A DNA stretch of 64,000 nt from Epiperipatus broadwayi. Taxonomy: Eukaryota > Animalia > Onychophora. The notes under the pieces were generated by a model. It was not told the DNA's origin and did not search any database. It saw only the letters and a list, made by a program, of their open reading frames with translations. Shown here piece after piece: positions 14,561 to 28,165 of the stretch; within the stretch, counting starts at the first letter, position 1; each line of letters begins with the position of its first letter. The position numbers and the translations under genes are program-made. The stretch covers positions 10,788,001 to 10,852,000 of the forward strand of contig JAQFVV010000008.1 of NCBI GenBank assembly GCA_028023455.1. Reading direction: 5' to 3'.

Positions 14561-15515
14561 AGGATCAGTTTGTGATCCAAATTATCTTTGATTTAAAATT
14601 TTGTAAAACATCTAATATTAATCCTAGAGAATAACTTATTATGCAAAATACTGTTCGTCAAATTCAGGAAGAATAATAAAGAAAATAAGATGCTTTCAAT
14701 ATAAACTGAACAAATTTTATTATTATATACACTAAAACTTTAAAAAAAAGGCTACTCAAATATAAAATTAGTGAAGTTTAATTAGTTTTTTGTTTTTAAA
14801 TTTACATTTTTGTTTAGTTGTTTGCATTTTTTGGGAGATAATATATAACTGAAGTCGCATAGTTAGATACATTGTAGTTTGCGGCTGCACTGTAATTGAT
14901 CATTGGTAAAACTGACTAAAAACAAATGTGTTTTAATCTTTTCTTGTTTTTTTTTTTCAAAATCTGTACACAATGATAGCAAATCCTAGTTTCAATTCTA
15001 AGACTTTCTATAAATGTTTTGAAAAGTTACATGACTGTTTATAATGTATGGTGGTTAAAAAAAAAATTGAAATATTTATTTGAGTTTACTAAAGAATATA
15101 ATAGAAATATCTAACAGTAGAATAAATGCTGAAAACATAAAATGAATTGAGATATAAATAATTTTTTAACATTTTGAATAGATTAAATTATATGTGCAGA
15201 AGTTTATTGGTAGATTATGAACTTCTTCAAAAATTTAAATTTATTAGATTGTTGACAGACCGCAGGAAAAAAGGGAAAAAGAATAATTGTGTGTGATGCC
15301 TATAAATGTAAAAGAAAAAATAATAATTCGAAAGCAGTTTGAAATATATAATGTAGCTCTAATTATTGATCTACTAGAATAAATGTTAAAATAACATGAC
15401 AAACAATTGCAAACTATCACTGTCAAGAGCACAAGTATTATTATCTGGTTATAGTATTTTGTTTTCTAGTTATTCAATCTGCCTTTGAACAGAGAACTTA
15501 AATAAAATAAAGCAT

Positions 15516-15544
15516 ATGAAGAATTGCATGAAATCCTCTGATAT
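15516..15544 (+). CDS. MRPL35: Candidate first coding exon of MRPL35 (MKNCMKSSD+AT)
   Basis: ATG at 15516 with an upstream in-frame stop. It ends in phase 2 at a strong GTGAGT donor (15545), matching the phase-2 acceptor at 16050. The peptide is short and not an obvious mitochondrial presequence. Confidence 0.45.
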
Positions 15545-16050
15545 GTGAGTTAATTTATTTCCATTGTAAACATTTAAATGTCAAATCTAAAATCTGAATG
15601 TATTTTCTTTTATTATAAACTTCATTCCATGATGAAATTGAAAAAATGGAAAACATATTTTTTCATATATCTTTTCAAGAAAAATATTGACTAAGTACTG
15701 GAATTGTATAAATGAATTGTAATGGTAGTCAGACAGATTTCAGAAAAAAACAATGGATTTTATGAAACATAATTTGTGACTTAAAAAATGAAAGCTGTCT
15801 TCAGTAATTTTTATGTTATAAAATTTCCATTTGCAATCCAATTAATTAATAATAAAAGTGGGGGGGGGGGGGATAAGAGCAGAGAACTTAACATTTATAC
15901 ATTTTAAACGATATATAAATATTTTTATAGAGAAATAATAAATTATATGGAAAATATATATTATTCTAATGATTTTGTTGTTTGTTTTTTTTTCATACTT
16001 TTAAAAAATAATAAAATGTTTTACATTAATTTGTTTTTTTTAAATTTTAG

Positions 16051-16426
16051 ATCTCTTCTATCATTTGTTCAAAAGACTTTAATCCTTCCCAAGCGAACAG
16101 TAATAAAATGTGGTTGGAAGAAAGGAACACGCATAACTATGAAAGATGTTGTAAAACGATTTTTTCGTTTAGAATGGGGTGCTTGGATTAGAACAAGATC
16201 TGGAAGAAATAAATCTCAGTGGAAAAAGAGTCCTTCTAGATACCGACGTCATCGCTACCATGTTTTCTGTACTGCATCTCAATCTAGAAAACTTGATTAC
16301 ATGGTTTCAAAATTTTGGAAAGAACCAAAATATTATGTAGATGATCCTTATAGACCTTATCATGTCAGACATAATTATTATCATTTTCCAAATGTTCCAA
16401 AATATCCTAATGGACTTAGCAGATAA
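16051..16426 (+). CDS. MRPL35: 39S mitochondrial ribosomal protein L35, main coding exon
   Basis: KRFFRLEWGAWIRTRSGRNK...HVFCTASQSRKLDYMVSKFW...YVDDPYRPYH is the MRPL35 (bL35m) signature. Polypyrimidine tract and AG acceptor at 16049-16050; stop at 16424-16426. Confidence 0.92.
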
Positions 16427-16540
16427 AATATGTATATAAATATTATTTATACTATTTAATGAAAAAGAAGTCATTATTTGAGATGTAATAGTTAATTGTT
16501 ACTATCTAAAAACCTCATTCTGATATTGTACACAAAGTAA

Positions 16541-16546
16541 AATAAA
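16541..16546 (+). terminator. Candidate polyadenylation signal for MRPL35
   Basis: AATAAA 115 nt after the stop, just before the LTR at 16606. Such hexamers are common in AT-rich DNA. Confidence 0.3.
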
Positions 16547-16605
16547 TATGAATTTAAATATTTTCACATAATTTTATAAGGTAATTTTAATAGTTGTTTA
16601 TATAT

Positions 16606-19600
16606 TGTAATGGATTGGAATATGCATATAAAGAAAGGTCTTAACAATTTAAATGGATCCAATCGTTGGGAAAGCCAAATGGAATAGATAGTATAATCTA
16701 AATGAAGAATAGTAAAATTGTCCCAATCATTGGGTGACAAGTGTAATGGATTATATTTATATACATGTGGTGAATCTAAATACTCACACCTAACACATTG
16801 TGAGCTAAATGCAATGGATATCGTTTATCCCAAATACTATAGATCAAATGTAATAAAAGCCCTTCACATATGAAAAAAAATAAATTAGCCCCAATCATTG
16901 AGGAACCAAAATGTAATGGATAACATCCCAATTATATCTAGATAAATTGCTTATCTACCCTTCCAACTAGCTATCCATGAAATAAATCAAAATCATACAG
17001 AGCAATAATAAGACCTATCATTATAATTTATTCTCAGGGTTAATATGACTAACTAACAAAATATATATATTAGAAACAAAGGGAATTTTATGGAATCAAA
17101 TATACACATTAAATAAATAAACTTATGTATATCTGAATATCTCAACTAACACTGACTTGTATAAGTGACTTTAAAATTAAATAATAACTAAAATACAAAA
17201 TTATTATTCATTAAATTATGAATTTACTAAACTTCATAATGACTCTGGCACTAAAAAAGGAAAGAATAAAGTATTAATACATTTCCAAATAAAATACAAA
17301 GTCATTGCTTATAAAAACAAATAGTACATACTTTATTTCTAAATTATGGTTTGATTTTTAAATAGTATCTGTATTTTAAATATTTTTTAAATATAAACCA
17401 AATACAAAAAAAAAATATTATATAATTGCAATAAGTATCAATTAAATAAACAAAGGCACATTTGTCCACAATAAATATACATTAGTATAAATACAAATCA
17501 ATATTTATGTTTTCCAAATATTCAACTTTTTTAAAAATATAATTTAAATCAAATAAATAAAGATATATTGTGTACAATAAATATATGTATTGGTGTTTAT
17601 GTTTTGCATAAGAGTTATTATATGAAGTTAAAATGAAAATAGATAAATAAATAAGTAAATAATTGACTGGTAAAATATTACAAAATTAATAAAGTAGATA
17701 ATAGATATGCTCTCAAAGCTAGGTTAATCGATTGAATAACACTACATCAAAAGAAATCAAAAAATTCACTCCACTACACTATAAAAGGTTTACATACTGT
17801 ACCCATTTTTGAATCATCCTTACTATTACAAGCATCGAATACTCAGATTATCTATAAAGGGGCTCACTCAGGCCTATAAATATAATATCTCTTTGGCTAC
17901 TCAGCCAATTAGTGCTAACTTATCACTTAATATAAATATGTGACTTATTTCACATAATCTTTTATTTATTAGTTTTATATACATACATACACATACAAAA
18001 AAAATATAATGACGATTTCTAACTGACAGGTACAAGAATATTTATTTGTAACTTTAAATAACTTAATAAATCAATTCGATTCATGATCCCTAAGAGCACA
18101 TCCAATTATCAAATAATAAAAAAAGATATTAAAAGAATTAAGATATATAAATAATAAAAATTTTAATCATAAAATTTGTAAAGACAAATCTAACTTATAG
18201 AAGTTTATAATAATTCATATGCAATTTAAATTTATACTCTTTATACTTAATATTGATTTTATGGCAAACTATTTTGTTTTTTTAAACAAGACGCGTTAAA
18301 TAGAACAAAATTATACTTATAATCAACATACCATTTTTTTTTTAATTTAAAATATATATATATCAATCTCAAAAATATGTATATTAACATATCATTTAAA
18401 TTAATAAAATTATTTATTACCCTTTAAAAGTCCAACTTGTTCCATTGTTTTATTCCTTTACTTTTTTCTTAACGTTTGAATGCATTCTATCATAAACTGA
18501 ATTTTGAAGAAAATATTACGTTAATGATAATCATGATAGAAATATGAGGAAGGAAATCTTGATAGAAATATGAGGAAGGAAATCTTGGAAAGTAAAATAT
18601 ACATGTGTTTGAGGAACTGACAATTAAGTATTTCTCTAAGAAATTCCACCTTAACTTTGGCTCATCTCTACTTTACATTCTTTCCATTGTTTTTGTAGAT
18701 TTGATATGCCTTCACAATTCTCTAACATAATAGTTTTTATTTCTTCAACTTTTACACCTATCTCTGAAACATCTTTTCGTACCTCTATCTCAAAATTTTC
18801 ATAGGCTTTAATTCCACTATTCTTCATATATTCTGAAAGGGGTCTTAATCTTCCTTGAATTTCATCCAGTTTAGCATCTACTTCCTGGATATGATTAGAG
18901 GTAACATTACTTATTACATCCATCCGTTTATCTATATCCTGTAATCTATTAGCATCAATCAGATGTTCCTCTTGTTGCTATCCAACAGCAACCTTAACTT
19001 TGGCTGAGATAATTGTATGAATATTTTTAAATGAAGATTCATTCCAATTTTCAATGCTTGGAATTTATCCCATAATACTTTTACTATCATCAATAATGTT
19101 TTTCTCAAATTCCCCATGCTCTTTCTTAGACTCTTCAAATCTGACTATAATTTCTTGATTTTCTTCCCTCATTTCACTGCTTACTTCCTCGAATTTTGCT
19201 TTCAAAGAATTAGCTTCGACCTTTGTCTCTTCTCTGTATTTTTCCACCTTTTCATCAAATTTTATCTCTAATCTCCTAACACTATTATCTACCAGAGCTT
19301 TTAACTCAACTTTTAATTACCTGGAAAATTCATCAGAGTTGGTTTTCAACTCAGTTCTAAGTTCATCAGATTGGTTTTTAATCTAACCTCTAGTTTCTAG
19401 GAAAGTTCAGAAATGATTTTTAATCTAGCCTCTAATATCTCTATTAAATTCCCTAAATCAAAATTACCACTAACTGGCATTTCATTACTGTTATCCATTA
19501 TTACTATAAATGCAATATTATATACTCAAACAAAAAAAAAACGTAAGATATATATATTTCTATGTAGTGATAACCGCAAATCAAGGGCTCACCATCTCCT

Positions 19601-21100
19601 ACCATTATCCCAACATGCAATCACTCAACCAAGCAAAGTACAAGCATTTTAATTTTATTATACATAATAGCTATCCAATAATCTGAATTTCCATTGTTTG
19701 AACTCATGAACTTCTTGGTTTATGGGAGGTATCATCTATCACTATATCATTAATAAATCCCCCCAAAAATATATAGAGAGAGTAAAACCTGAGATCATTA
19801 ACTAACATTTATTGATATGTAATGATAATGAGGATTCTACACTTATATAATATTGAAATGTGGAAATTTCATATTAAATCACAATATGACATTGAAATAT
19901 TTAAAATATAATAAAATGTTCACATGCGTTGAAAATAACTAATTCGATAATATAGCAAGGCAACTTTCTCTCTTAAGATGATAGTAGTTAAACATAAAAT
20001 GATTAAATTGATGCCTATCTCTATCCCATCGCAACTGGATTAACCATTATGTAAGCAAGTCCAAATAAAATAGAGGAAAAAAAAAATGTATAAATTTTCT
20101 GGAACCTTGAAGCCTAGTACCATTTCATATACATAAAAAAAAATCAACTTCACTAATTATTTACTTTTGAGCCTGAAACATTATTTTGCTAAAATTGTAA
20201 TAGTGCAATTTGTCATCAACAAACATTCACTAATTGAACTTCACGTTTAAAAGTCACTTATAATGGAAAATAAAACATCGATATGTTTGTTTTTCGAGCC
20301 CTAGTTGGTAGCGCCAAATGTAATGGATTGGAATATGCATATAAAGAAAGGTCTTAACAATTTAAATGGTTCCAATCATTGGGAAAGCCAAATGTAATAG
20401 ATAGTATAATCTAAATGAAGAAAGATAAAATTGTCCCAATCGTTGAATGGCAAATGTAATGGATTATATTTATACACGTGGTGAATTTAAATACGCCTAA
20501 CATCTAGCACGCTAAATGCAATGGATATCGTTTATCCCAAATACTATGGATCAAATGTAATAAAAGCCCTTCACCTATGAAAAGAAATAAATTAGCCCCA
20601 ATCATTGAGGAACCAAAATGTAATGGATAACATTCCAATTATATCTAGATAAATTGCTTATCTACCCTTCCAACTAGCTATCCATAAAATAAATCAAAAT
20701 CATACAGAGCAATAATAAGACCTATCATTATAATTTATTCTCAGGGTTAATTTGACTAATTAACAAAATATATATATATATTAGAAACAAAGGGAATTTT
20801 ATGGAATCCAATATACACATTAAATAAATAAACTTATGTATATCTGAATATCTCAACTAATACTGACTTGTATAAGTGACTTTAAAATTAAATAATAACT
20901 AAAATACAAAATTATTATTCATTAAATTATGAATTAACGAAACTTCATAATGACTCTGGCACTAAAAAAGGAAAGAATAAAGTATTAATACATTTCCAAA
21001 TAAAATACAAAGTCATTGCTTATAAAAACAAATAGTACATACTTTATTTCTAAATTATGGTTTGATTTTTAAATAGTTTTATCTGTATTTTAAATATTTT
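16606..21100 (-). mobile_element. Internally deleted LTR retrotransposon (family D) with gag-like remnant
   Basis: Direct repeats start TGTAATGG at 16606 (preceded by ATAT) and at 20319. A minus-strand PBS lies 2 nt from the 20319 LTR end. Coiled-coil ORF fragments (18651-18923, 19065-19247) lie downstream of the PBS, as gag would. The right end of the 16606 LTR is uncertain (at least 17605, possibly ~18416 before a short CCCTTT PPT complement). Confidence 0.7.
20293..20316 (-). promoter_or_regulatory. Primer-binding site, tRNA-Lys-like
   Basis: The minus strand reads ...TTACA-tt-TGGCGCTACCAACTAGGGCTCGAA, similar to TGGCGCCCAACGTGGGGCTCGAA including the T-arm complement. Confidence 0.7.
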
Positions 21101-21102
21101 TT

Positions 21103-22129
21103 CAAAACATAAACACCAATACATATATTTATTGTACACAGTATATCTTTATTTATTTGATTTAATTTTTTAAAAAAAAAAGTTGAATATTTGGAAAACA
21201 TAAATATTGGTTTGTGTTTATACTAATGTATATTTATTAAGTACAAATATGTTTTTGTTTCTTTAATTAATACTTATTGCAAGTCTATAATTTTTTTTTT
21301 TTTGTATTTGGTTTATATTTAAAAAAATATTTAAAATATAGATACTATTTAAAAATAAAGTATGTACCATTTGTTTTTATAAGCAATGACTTTGTATTTT
21401 ATTTGGAAATGTATTAATACTTTATTTTTATTTATTTTTTTTTAGTGCCAGAGTCATCATGAAGTTTAGTAAATTCATAATTTAATGAATAATAATTTTG
21501 TATTTTAGTTATTATTTAATTTTAAAGTTACTTATACAAGTCAATGTTAGTTGAGATATTCAGATTTACATAAGTCTATTTATTTAATGTGTATATTGGA
21601 TTCCATAAAATTCCCTTTGTTTCTAATATATATATATATTTAATGTGTATATTGGATTCCATAAAATTCCCTTTGTTTCTAATATATATATATATTTTGT
21701 TAGTTAGACAAATTAACCCTGAGAATAAATTATAATCATAGGTCTTATTATTGCTCTGTATGATTTTGATTTATTTCATGGATAGCTAGTTGGAAGGGCA
21801 GATAAGCAATTTATCTAGATATAATTGGGATAATGTTATCCATTACATTTTAGTTCCTCAATGATTGGGGCTAATTTATTTCTTTTCATATGTGAAGGGC
21901 TTTTATTACATTTGATCCATAGTATTTGGGATAAACGATATCTATTGCATTTAGCACTCAACGTGTTAGGCGTGAGTATTTAGATTCACCACATGTGTAT
22001 AAATATAATCCATTACATTTGCCACCCAATGATTGGGACAATTTTATCTTCATTTAGATTATACTATCTATTTCATTTGGCTTTCCCAACGATTGGATCC
22101 ATTTAAATTGTTAAGACCTTTCTTTATAT
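21103..22129 (-). repeat. Inverted ~1 kb copy of the family D LTR, abutting the truncated 5' LTR
   Basis: Reverse complement of about 16628-17605, with a ~47-bp internal tandem duplication near 21590-21700. Confidence 0.85.
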
Positions 22130-25100
22130 TCTTTCATTTAATTGGAACAGGTTTTAAAATTTGAGTATCTATTTTTATTGATCGAGAAATTTTTGCTAAT
22201 TGATGACCTGGACTAACTGAAGAGGACTAGTCCAGCATGAAATATATATCTAGGGGGATATTTATCTTTTTCAAGTTTTAAATATATATATTCACTTGTA
22301 CACAGCATAATATATAAATTCACTTGATAATTTCAAACTAAGTAATCAAAACTATTATGTATAAAATTATGTTATTTATAAATATCACTATTATAATGTT
22401 AAAATAATTGTACATATATATGAACCTATGATTTATGCTTGAATCCAGGCTGATTAAAACTAGGACATTTTTTCAGAATTCAATCAGATTTAGGATTTTT
22501 TTTCTCCAAGTTTTGTTTATAATCAATCTATCTAACTTTCCAATGTTGACCAATTAATGGCTATATAGGTATTTTTATCTGTAAAATAAAACAAAGATGG
22601 AAAACCACTCAAATCCTTATAATTTAGCAATTGGCAAGCCTTCTTATTGATTGTAGTGGTCTTTTTAAAAATTTTTATTCCTTTATATATATATTGTAAC
22701 CGGACTGGCAATTCCAACCCCTCTGTCGGTTGATTTATTTCCTGATGAGCATATTGTAGAAAGCAAAGAATAATTGATGTTACTCAATGCTGACGTTATC
22801 CCCCCCCCTCCTGCTCATCAGAAGATGTAGCATTAAAGAGACTGAAAACATCTAAATATTTCTCTGTTTGGTTTCTCAAACGGCGCCACTAGAGTTCCAG
22901 CTCTCTACAACCTTATCCAGATCAAGTTATGCCAGATACAGCTCAGGAAACATGGGATTCTTGTGAGTAAATGCAATAGAAAATGGATGACATGAAATGA
23001 AACTGACAAGATAATTATTTTATGTAACAATTTATTTCAATAATAATATTTGGATACTGTTCGGCATAGTAATTCATTGCAGTTCAGGTTCCATAGATCA
23101 GCTAGACCATTACTTTGGTAATTTATCTGACACCTGATCCCACAGTGTCTATCCTTGATATTCAGTCATCCTGTTCTGGAAGCATTCACGCAGTAGGGAT
23201 TTAGTTAGGTATCCATGTGTGCATCACGGATACATGCCCTATCATTTCTCAAGTTGAATCTCTCCTTTGTGAATCTAGATTCTCTTCACATGTGCATATA
23301 TTTAACTTTGTAAACATGGCTTTTACTTTCTATTGCCAAACACTTCTAGGTAAGTTTAGTTTGCATTTGGATTCATCCTTTTATTTAATAATTTAGAATC
23401 CAATAATTCTATCTGAATATGTACACAGAATTAATTCCTAAGTACAGATGCAGATTTACATCATTTATGTATATAAATCTATATTTAATAGAAGCATATT
23501 TTTAATCGAGATATATAAATGCAGAATCAAGTCATTTAATGTAAATAAATACACATTTAATAGAAGTATATTTTTAATTCAAGTATGGATGCAGATTCAA
23601 GTCATTCATATATATAAATACAACACATCTTTAATGTGGTTATATGGATGCATATTTTTAATTCAAGTATGGATGCAGATTCAAGTCATTCATGTATATA
23701 AATACAACACATCTTTAATGTGGGTATATGGATGCATACTTAAGGTATATAGACACATATTGTATAGATGCAGATTTAAGATATTCATTATATAAGCACA
23801 TCTTTAACTTAGGAATATGGATGCAGATTTAAATCATTTTCATATATAAATGCATATTTAATTTCAGTACATAAACAAATCTTTAATGTAGGTATATAGA
23901 CACATATAAATGCAGATTTAAGATATCCATTTTATAAGCACATCTTTAACTTAGGTATATGGATGCAAATTTAAGTCATTCATGTATATAAATATATATT
24001 TAATAGAAACATAGTTTTAATCCAGATACATAAATGCAGATTTAAGTCATTCATGTATATAAACACATGTTTAATTCAAGTATATAAACACATTCTTAAT
24101 TTAGATATACGGACACAGATTTAAGGTATATAAACATATTATATAGATGCAGATTTAAGAAAAATAATAACTTTATGAGTTAACAATATTTATCATTTTG
24201 TAAATTAATTATAATGTTTTTCATTTTATCTTTTCAATGACAATAATGGCAATTATGTTATAAGAAATTATTTCAGTACGTAATATTGTATCGTTTTGTA
24301 AATTAATCATTTTATCTTTAATGGCAATTATATTATACTATAAAGGTTTCAGATGTTATCTATAATTCTCTTACCTTTAAATTTATCTGTTAGCGGTTCA
24401 TTTCCAGTAAATCATCACATTGATTTTAGAGCTGAATGGTATACATTTTCTGTTGATGGTTACCTAGGCATTACTTTTCAACTTCATGGCTTCATTGGGT
24501 GGGAAGAGAGAGAGAAAGCTATTCTTGTTAGCCGAGCATTTTTGTGTTTTCCATATTAGTAATCTGCCTCTTCATCTTGCAGTTTTTACAGTAACTATAG
24601 GTTTCTTCTTAGATTGATGACCTCGGTGGCTCCAAGCTCAGTTAGTCCAGTTTTTCTAAACTGGATTTAGCTGCGTAGTAGTGACAACGATTATCTCACT
24701 AGTAGTTAATTTAACTCACTGCTGAATAATTAAACAATTGCCTGATTTCTTTATTTGTTCTCTGGCTTCTCATATTTCTTATCAGCTTGTTATTCATAAA
24801 CATGTCTTCCACTGCCTATGGCAAGAAAGTGATGCGATCTTGTATATATTGTAATTCGTAAACATTCAGTCCAATGAAAAAAATATTACATTGGTAACAT
24901 TTGAAATTAAATGTGTGTCATTTAATTTCCAATTTTAAATATCGATTTTATAACTGTGTTAGCTTTTTAATCAATCATTTTAAAATAAAGGGGGGGGGGG
25001 GTATTAGGATATATTAAAAAACATATTTGTTTTGTTACCCCCCCCCCCGCTAAATTTTGGGCTGAAATTGTGTTAAACGCACAATTTCATTCCATAACTA

Positions 25101-27654
25101 TAAAATTCACTGCTGACAATAGTGTCTGCTTAGAAGATGTTGCTGATGAAATAGGTAAGATGAGATAGGAAAAGTGGATACATGAAGTAGCTCCAATGTC
25201 AGGATAGTATTTGCATAAGCATGGATTACCAGTACACAATGCACCATGATGTGAGAAAATACCTCAAATTTAAGCACTACCACTCCTATACTAGAGAGAC
25301 CACCCACTATAAATAGTAGCCAGAGAATACTTTTGACACTGGGCCAGCCCTGCTCATTACTATGTGAGTCTTAGGGGTGTATCTATTCCTGGTCCCCAAG
25401 CCTATTCCCCTATTAGACTACTCTCAGACCTCTCCCTAGGTCTGGATAGTGCTGGAAATATATCTATCCAAGCATCCCCACTTAATTATTCACCCACCAT
25501 TAACAAGCAAATTCACGCATGACTACATCCCATTCAAGAACTTTCATCAGCTACTTCGGTTTCATTAGTCAGAAGTATAACTACATTCTGCTTCGGGGAC
25601 TGAAGCTCATGATCAGTTCTCCAGCAATAATTCCTTATGTTATCAGGTGATATACTCCTGGATTGTCCTATCTTTGGGCATTTATCAGACCAGACATCAT
25701 CATGATGACTTGCTTCTCTACCATCATTTTTCTGAAGATCATTATTACTGTTAAACCTCTTAACTATTTGGGTCTGGTATAGACTGAATGCTACCCGTTG
25801 AATTTGTCCTCATTCTCTTCCATGGTAGTACTTTGGGGTTTTTTTTGTTATAATGCCATGCTGGTGTGTAATGGTTACAGTAATATCGGGGAGGTAACTC
25901 ATAACCAATAGCACTTATTCTTAGTCCATTATCCCTCCTATATGGAGCTTTATTTGGCAGCCTGGATCCTTGTTTACTGTTTGTTGCCGAGGTATTGCAA
26001 TTGTCATATGCAGCCAACAGCTCGGCAACCTGATTAATGGTCCAATGACCTATTCCAATGAGCATCCTTTCAATGTATCTGGGGAAACTAGGACTGATCA
26101 TTCAAATGATTTGTATTTCTGTCAGTGGATCTGCTAACAGCCCTTGGCTTGGCCACTTGTTTTCAGAAGAAGGGGGTATAAGGTTCACCAGGTGGGCATT
26201 TTTCCTGTGCCCTTTTACTTGATGCCCTCCTGACAATCATCATTCCAATAGCAGCTCATGAGTGCCTTTTAAAAATCATTGAAATTGGTGGGCTGAGCAA
26301 AAAGTGATTCCCACTATACTTGGGCTGCACCCTGCAAATGACTGCAAGCTATTGCCAGTTTTGCCTCCTCGGACATTGTTGGTGCCGAAGTACCTATCGA
26401 CTTTTTAGGTACTCAATAGGTGTTTCATTAGAGCCTTCTGCAAATGCTCGTATTCTGAGTAACTGATTTACAGTCTCTGGCAAGTAGTTGGTTAATGGGA
26501 CTTCTTGATTGATTTTGTGAAGATTTTCTTCTACAATTTTTTTTGGGACTGTTTCTGTCCCTTTATTTGCGTGCCCCTTATCAGGCTTATATTGCTCTGG
26601 TGTCATGGCTACTTTTTATTTATAGTTCCTTTATTTGGTGGTAAAGCTATCCACCTGCTCCTGCATGGATTTTTTCTATCCTTGTATCCATGCCTTCACA
26701 AATCTGGTCCATTCTTTAATTCTCATTATTTGGTCATCTTCTTTAATTCTCATTATTTGGTCATTAATCAGATTGATTATTTGATTAATTTTTTTATTCT
26801 GACTCAGTTGCTTCTGTTATTTGTTTCTCTATTCTTTGGTTTGCTTCTATTATTTGTTTTTTATCATCTCTTCATTAGTCTCTTTTTATTCTCATCTTTT
26901 CTTTGTTTATTATCATCTTGTCTTTGCTGGTCTCTTTTTTTACTATTTTCTTTGAACATTTCTAATAGCTGGATTAACATAGATGAATCCTCTATTTTCT
27001 GTGCTCTCTCAATTTGTTTCTGGTCATCTTCTCTACGGTCACTTTCTTCTTGTTCTCGGCTTCTGTGATCATCATTTTTCTTCTTGTTTTGGTTATCATC
27101 TATATTTTATTCACTTGTAGTTTACTTCTTCCTTTTTATATTGCTCTATGATAATTTTTGTTAATTGATTTCTTTAATATTTTAATTTTAGTAAGCTCTC
27201 TCCCTCCACATCATGATTTAGCTCCAACTTCTTTATTATGCCTATTTTATTCTTTGAGTAGGCATTAGATAGGGATTTTATGCACAAGCCTTCTGGCATC
27301 CATTGATTACTCTGTTTAGCACAGGTGGCAATACTGTATGGAGAGTTTTGCTCTGTTTATCAACAATTAATGTGCTACTATAGGAAATGTGATCATGTGA
27401 TGCTTAATGGTTTAACACCAATCCTGCCTAATAGGATAGTGGTGGCTATGGTTGTAAAAGAGCCAAAGACACCAAAATGTATGGGTGCTGAACTGAGTTC
27501 AGATCCATATGACTATATAAGCTATTGAGCTTAGATTGAAAATATTTTTTGTGTTTTCAATTTCATTCTCATAGTTTTGTAGTTAAGTAGAGATAAAAGG
27601 TGTTTGCTAGAAGGTTGCATTAGATCCTAAGATCTAGATGCAGTGCTCTCAGAT

Positions 27655-27709
27655 CCAAAGCTCCTCACTGACGAAGGCCACAAGCCAGAAACTAGTCTGG
27701 GGATATTGG
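27655..27709 (+). ncRNA. Minimal type I hammerhead ribozyme motif (family 1, copy 1)
   Basis: Stem I CCAA..TCCTCA / TGGGGA..TTGG; core CTGACGA (27668-27674); stem II GGC-cacaa-GCC flanked by an A.A pair; GAAA (27688-27691); short stem III with palindromic CTAG; GTC triplet 27695-27697. Confidence 0.65.
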
Positions 27710-28110
27710 ATGAGTAGGCATTAGATAGGGATTTTATGCACAAGCCTTCTGGCATCCATTGATTACTCTGTTTAGCACAGGTGGCAATACTGTATGGAGA
27801 GTTTTGCTCTGTTTATCAACAATTAATGTGCTAGTATAGGAAATGTGATCATGTGATGCTTAATGGTTTAACACCAATCCTGCCTAATAGGATAGTGGTG
27901 GCTATGGTTGTAAAAGAGCCAAAGACACCAAAATGTATGGGTGCTGAACTGAGTTCAGATCCATATGACTATATAAGCTATTGAGCTTAGATTGAAAATA
28001 TTTTTTGTGTTTTCAATTTCATTCTCATAGTTTTGTAGTTAAGTAGAGATAAAAGGTGGTTGCTAGAGGGTTGCATTAGATCCTAAGATCTAGATGCAGT
28101 GCTCTCAGAT

Positions 28111-28165
28111 CCAAAGCTCCTCACTGACGAAGGCCACAAGCCAGAAACTAGTCTGGAGATATTGG
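28111..28165 (+). ncRNA. Minimal type I hammerhead ribozyme motif (family 1, copy 2)
   Basis: Same core as copy 1 (CTGACGA 28124-28130, GTC 28151-28153), with one G>A change in stem I. Confidence 0.6.

Noticed and set aside
15859-15872. Poly-G run in the MRPL35 intron (others at ~24989 and ~29475)
   Set aside because: Simple homopolymers; the latter two are part of LTR family A. No evidence of function.
19340-19385. Two minus-strand CTGATGA motifs with GAAA between them
   Set aside because: Explained by the gag-like coding repeat (SDELRTELKTNSDEF); the hammerhead stems do not form.
22198-22255. HHR-shaped sequence TTGATGA-cCTGGACTA...TAGTCCAGcat-GAAA-TATATATC
   Set aside because: The core C is mutated, extra bases precede GAAA, no convincing stem I, single copy. 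Possibly a relic but unsupported.
26505-27068. 187-aa hydrophobic plus-strand ORF (and the similar 34166-34624 minus-strand ORF)
   Set aside because: Antisense shadows of purine-rich low-complexity sequence, not membrane proteins.
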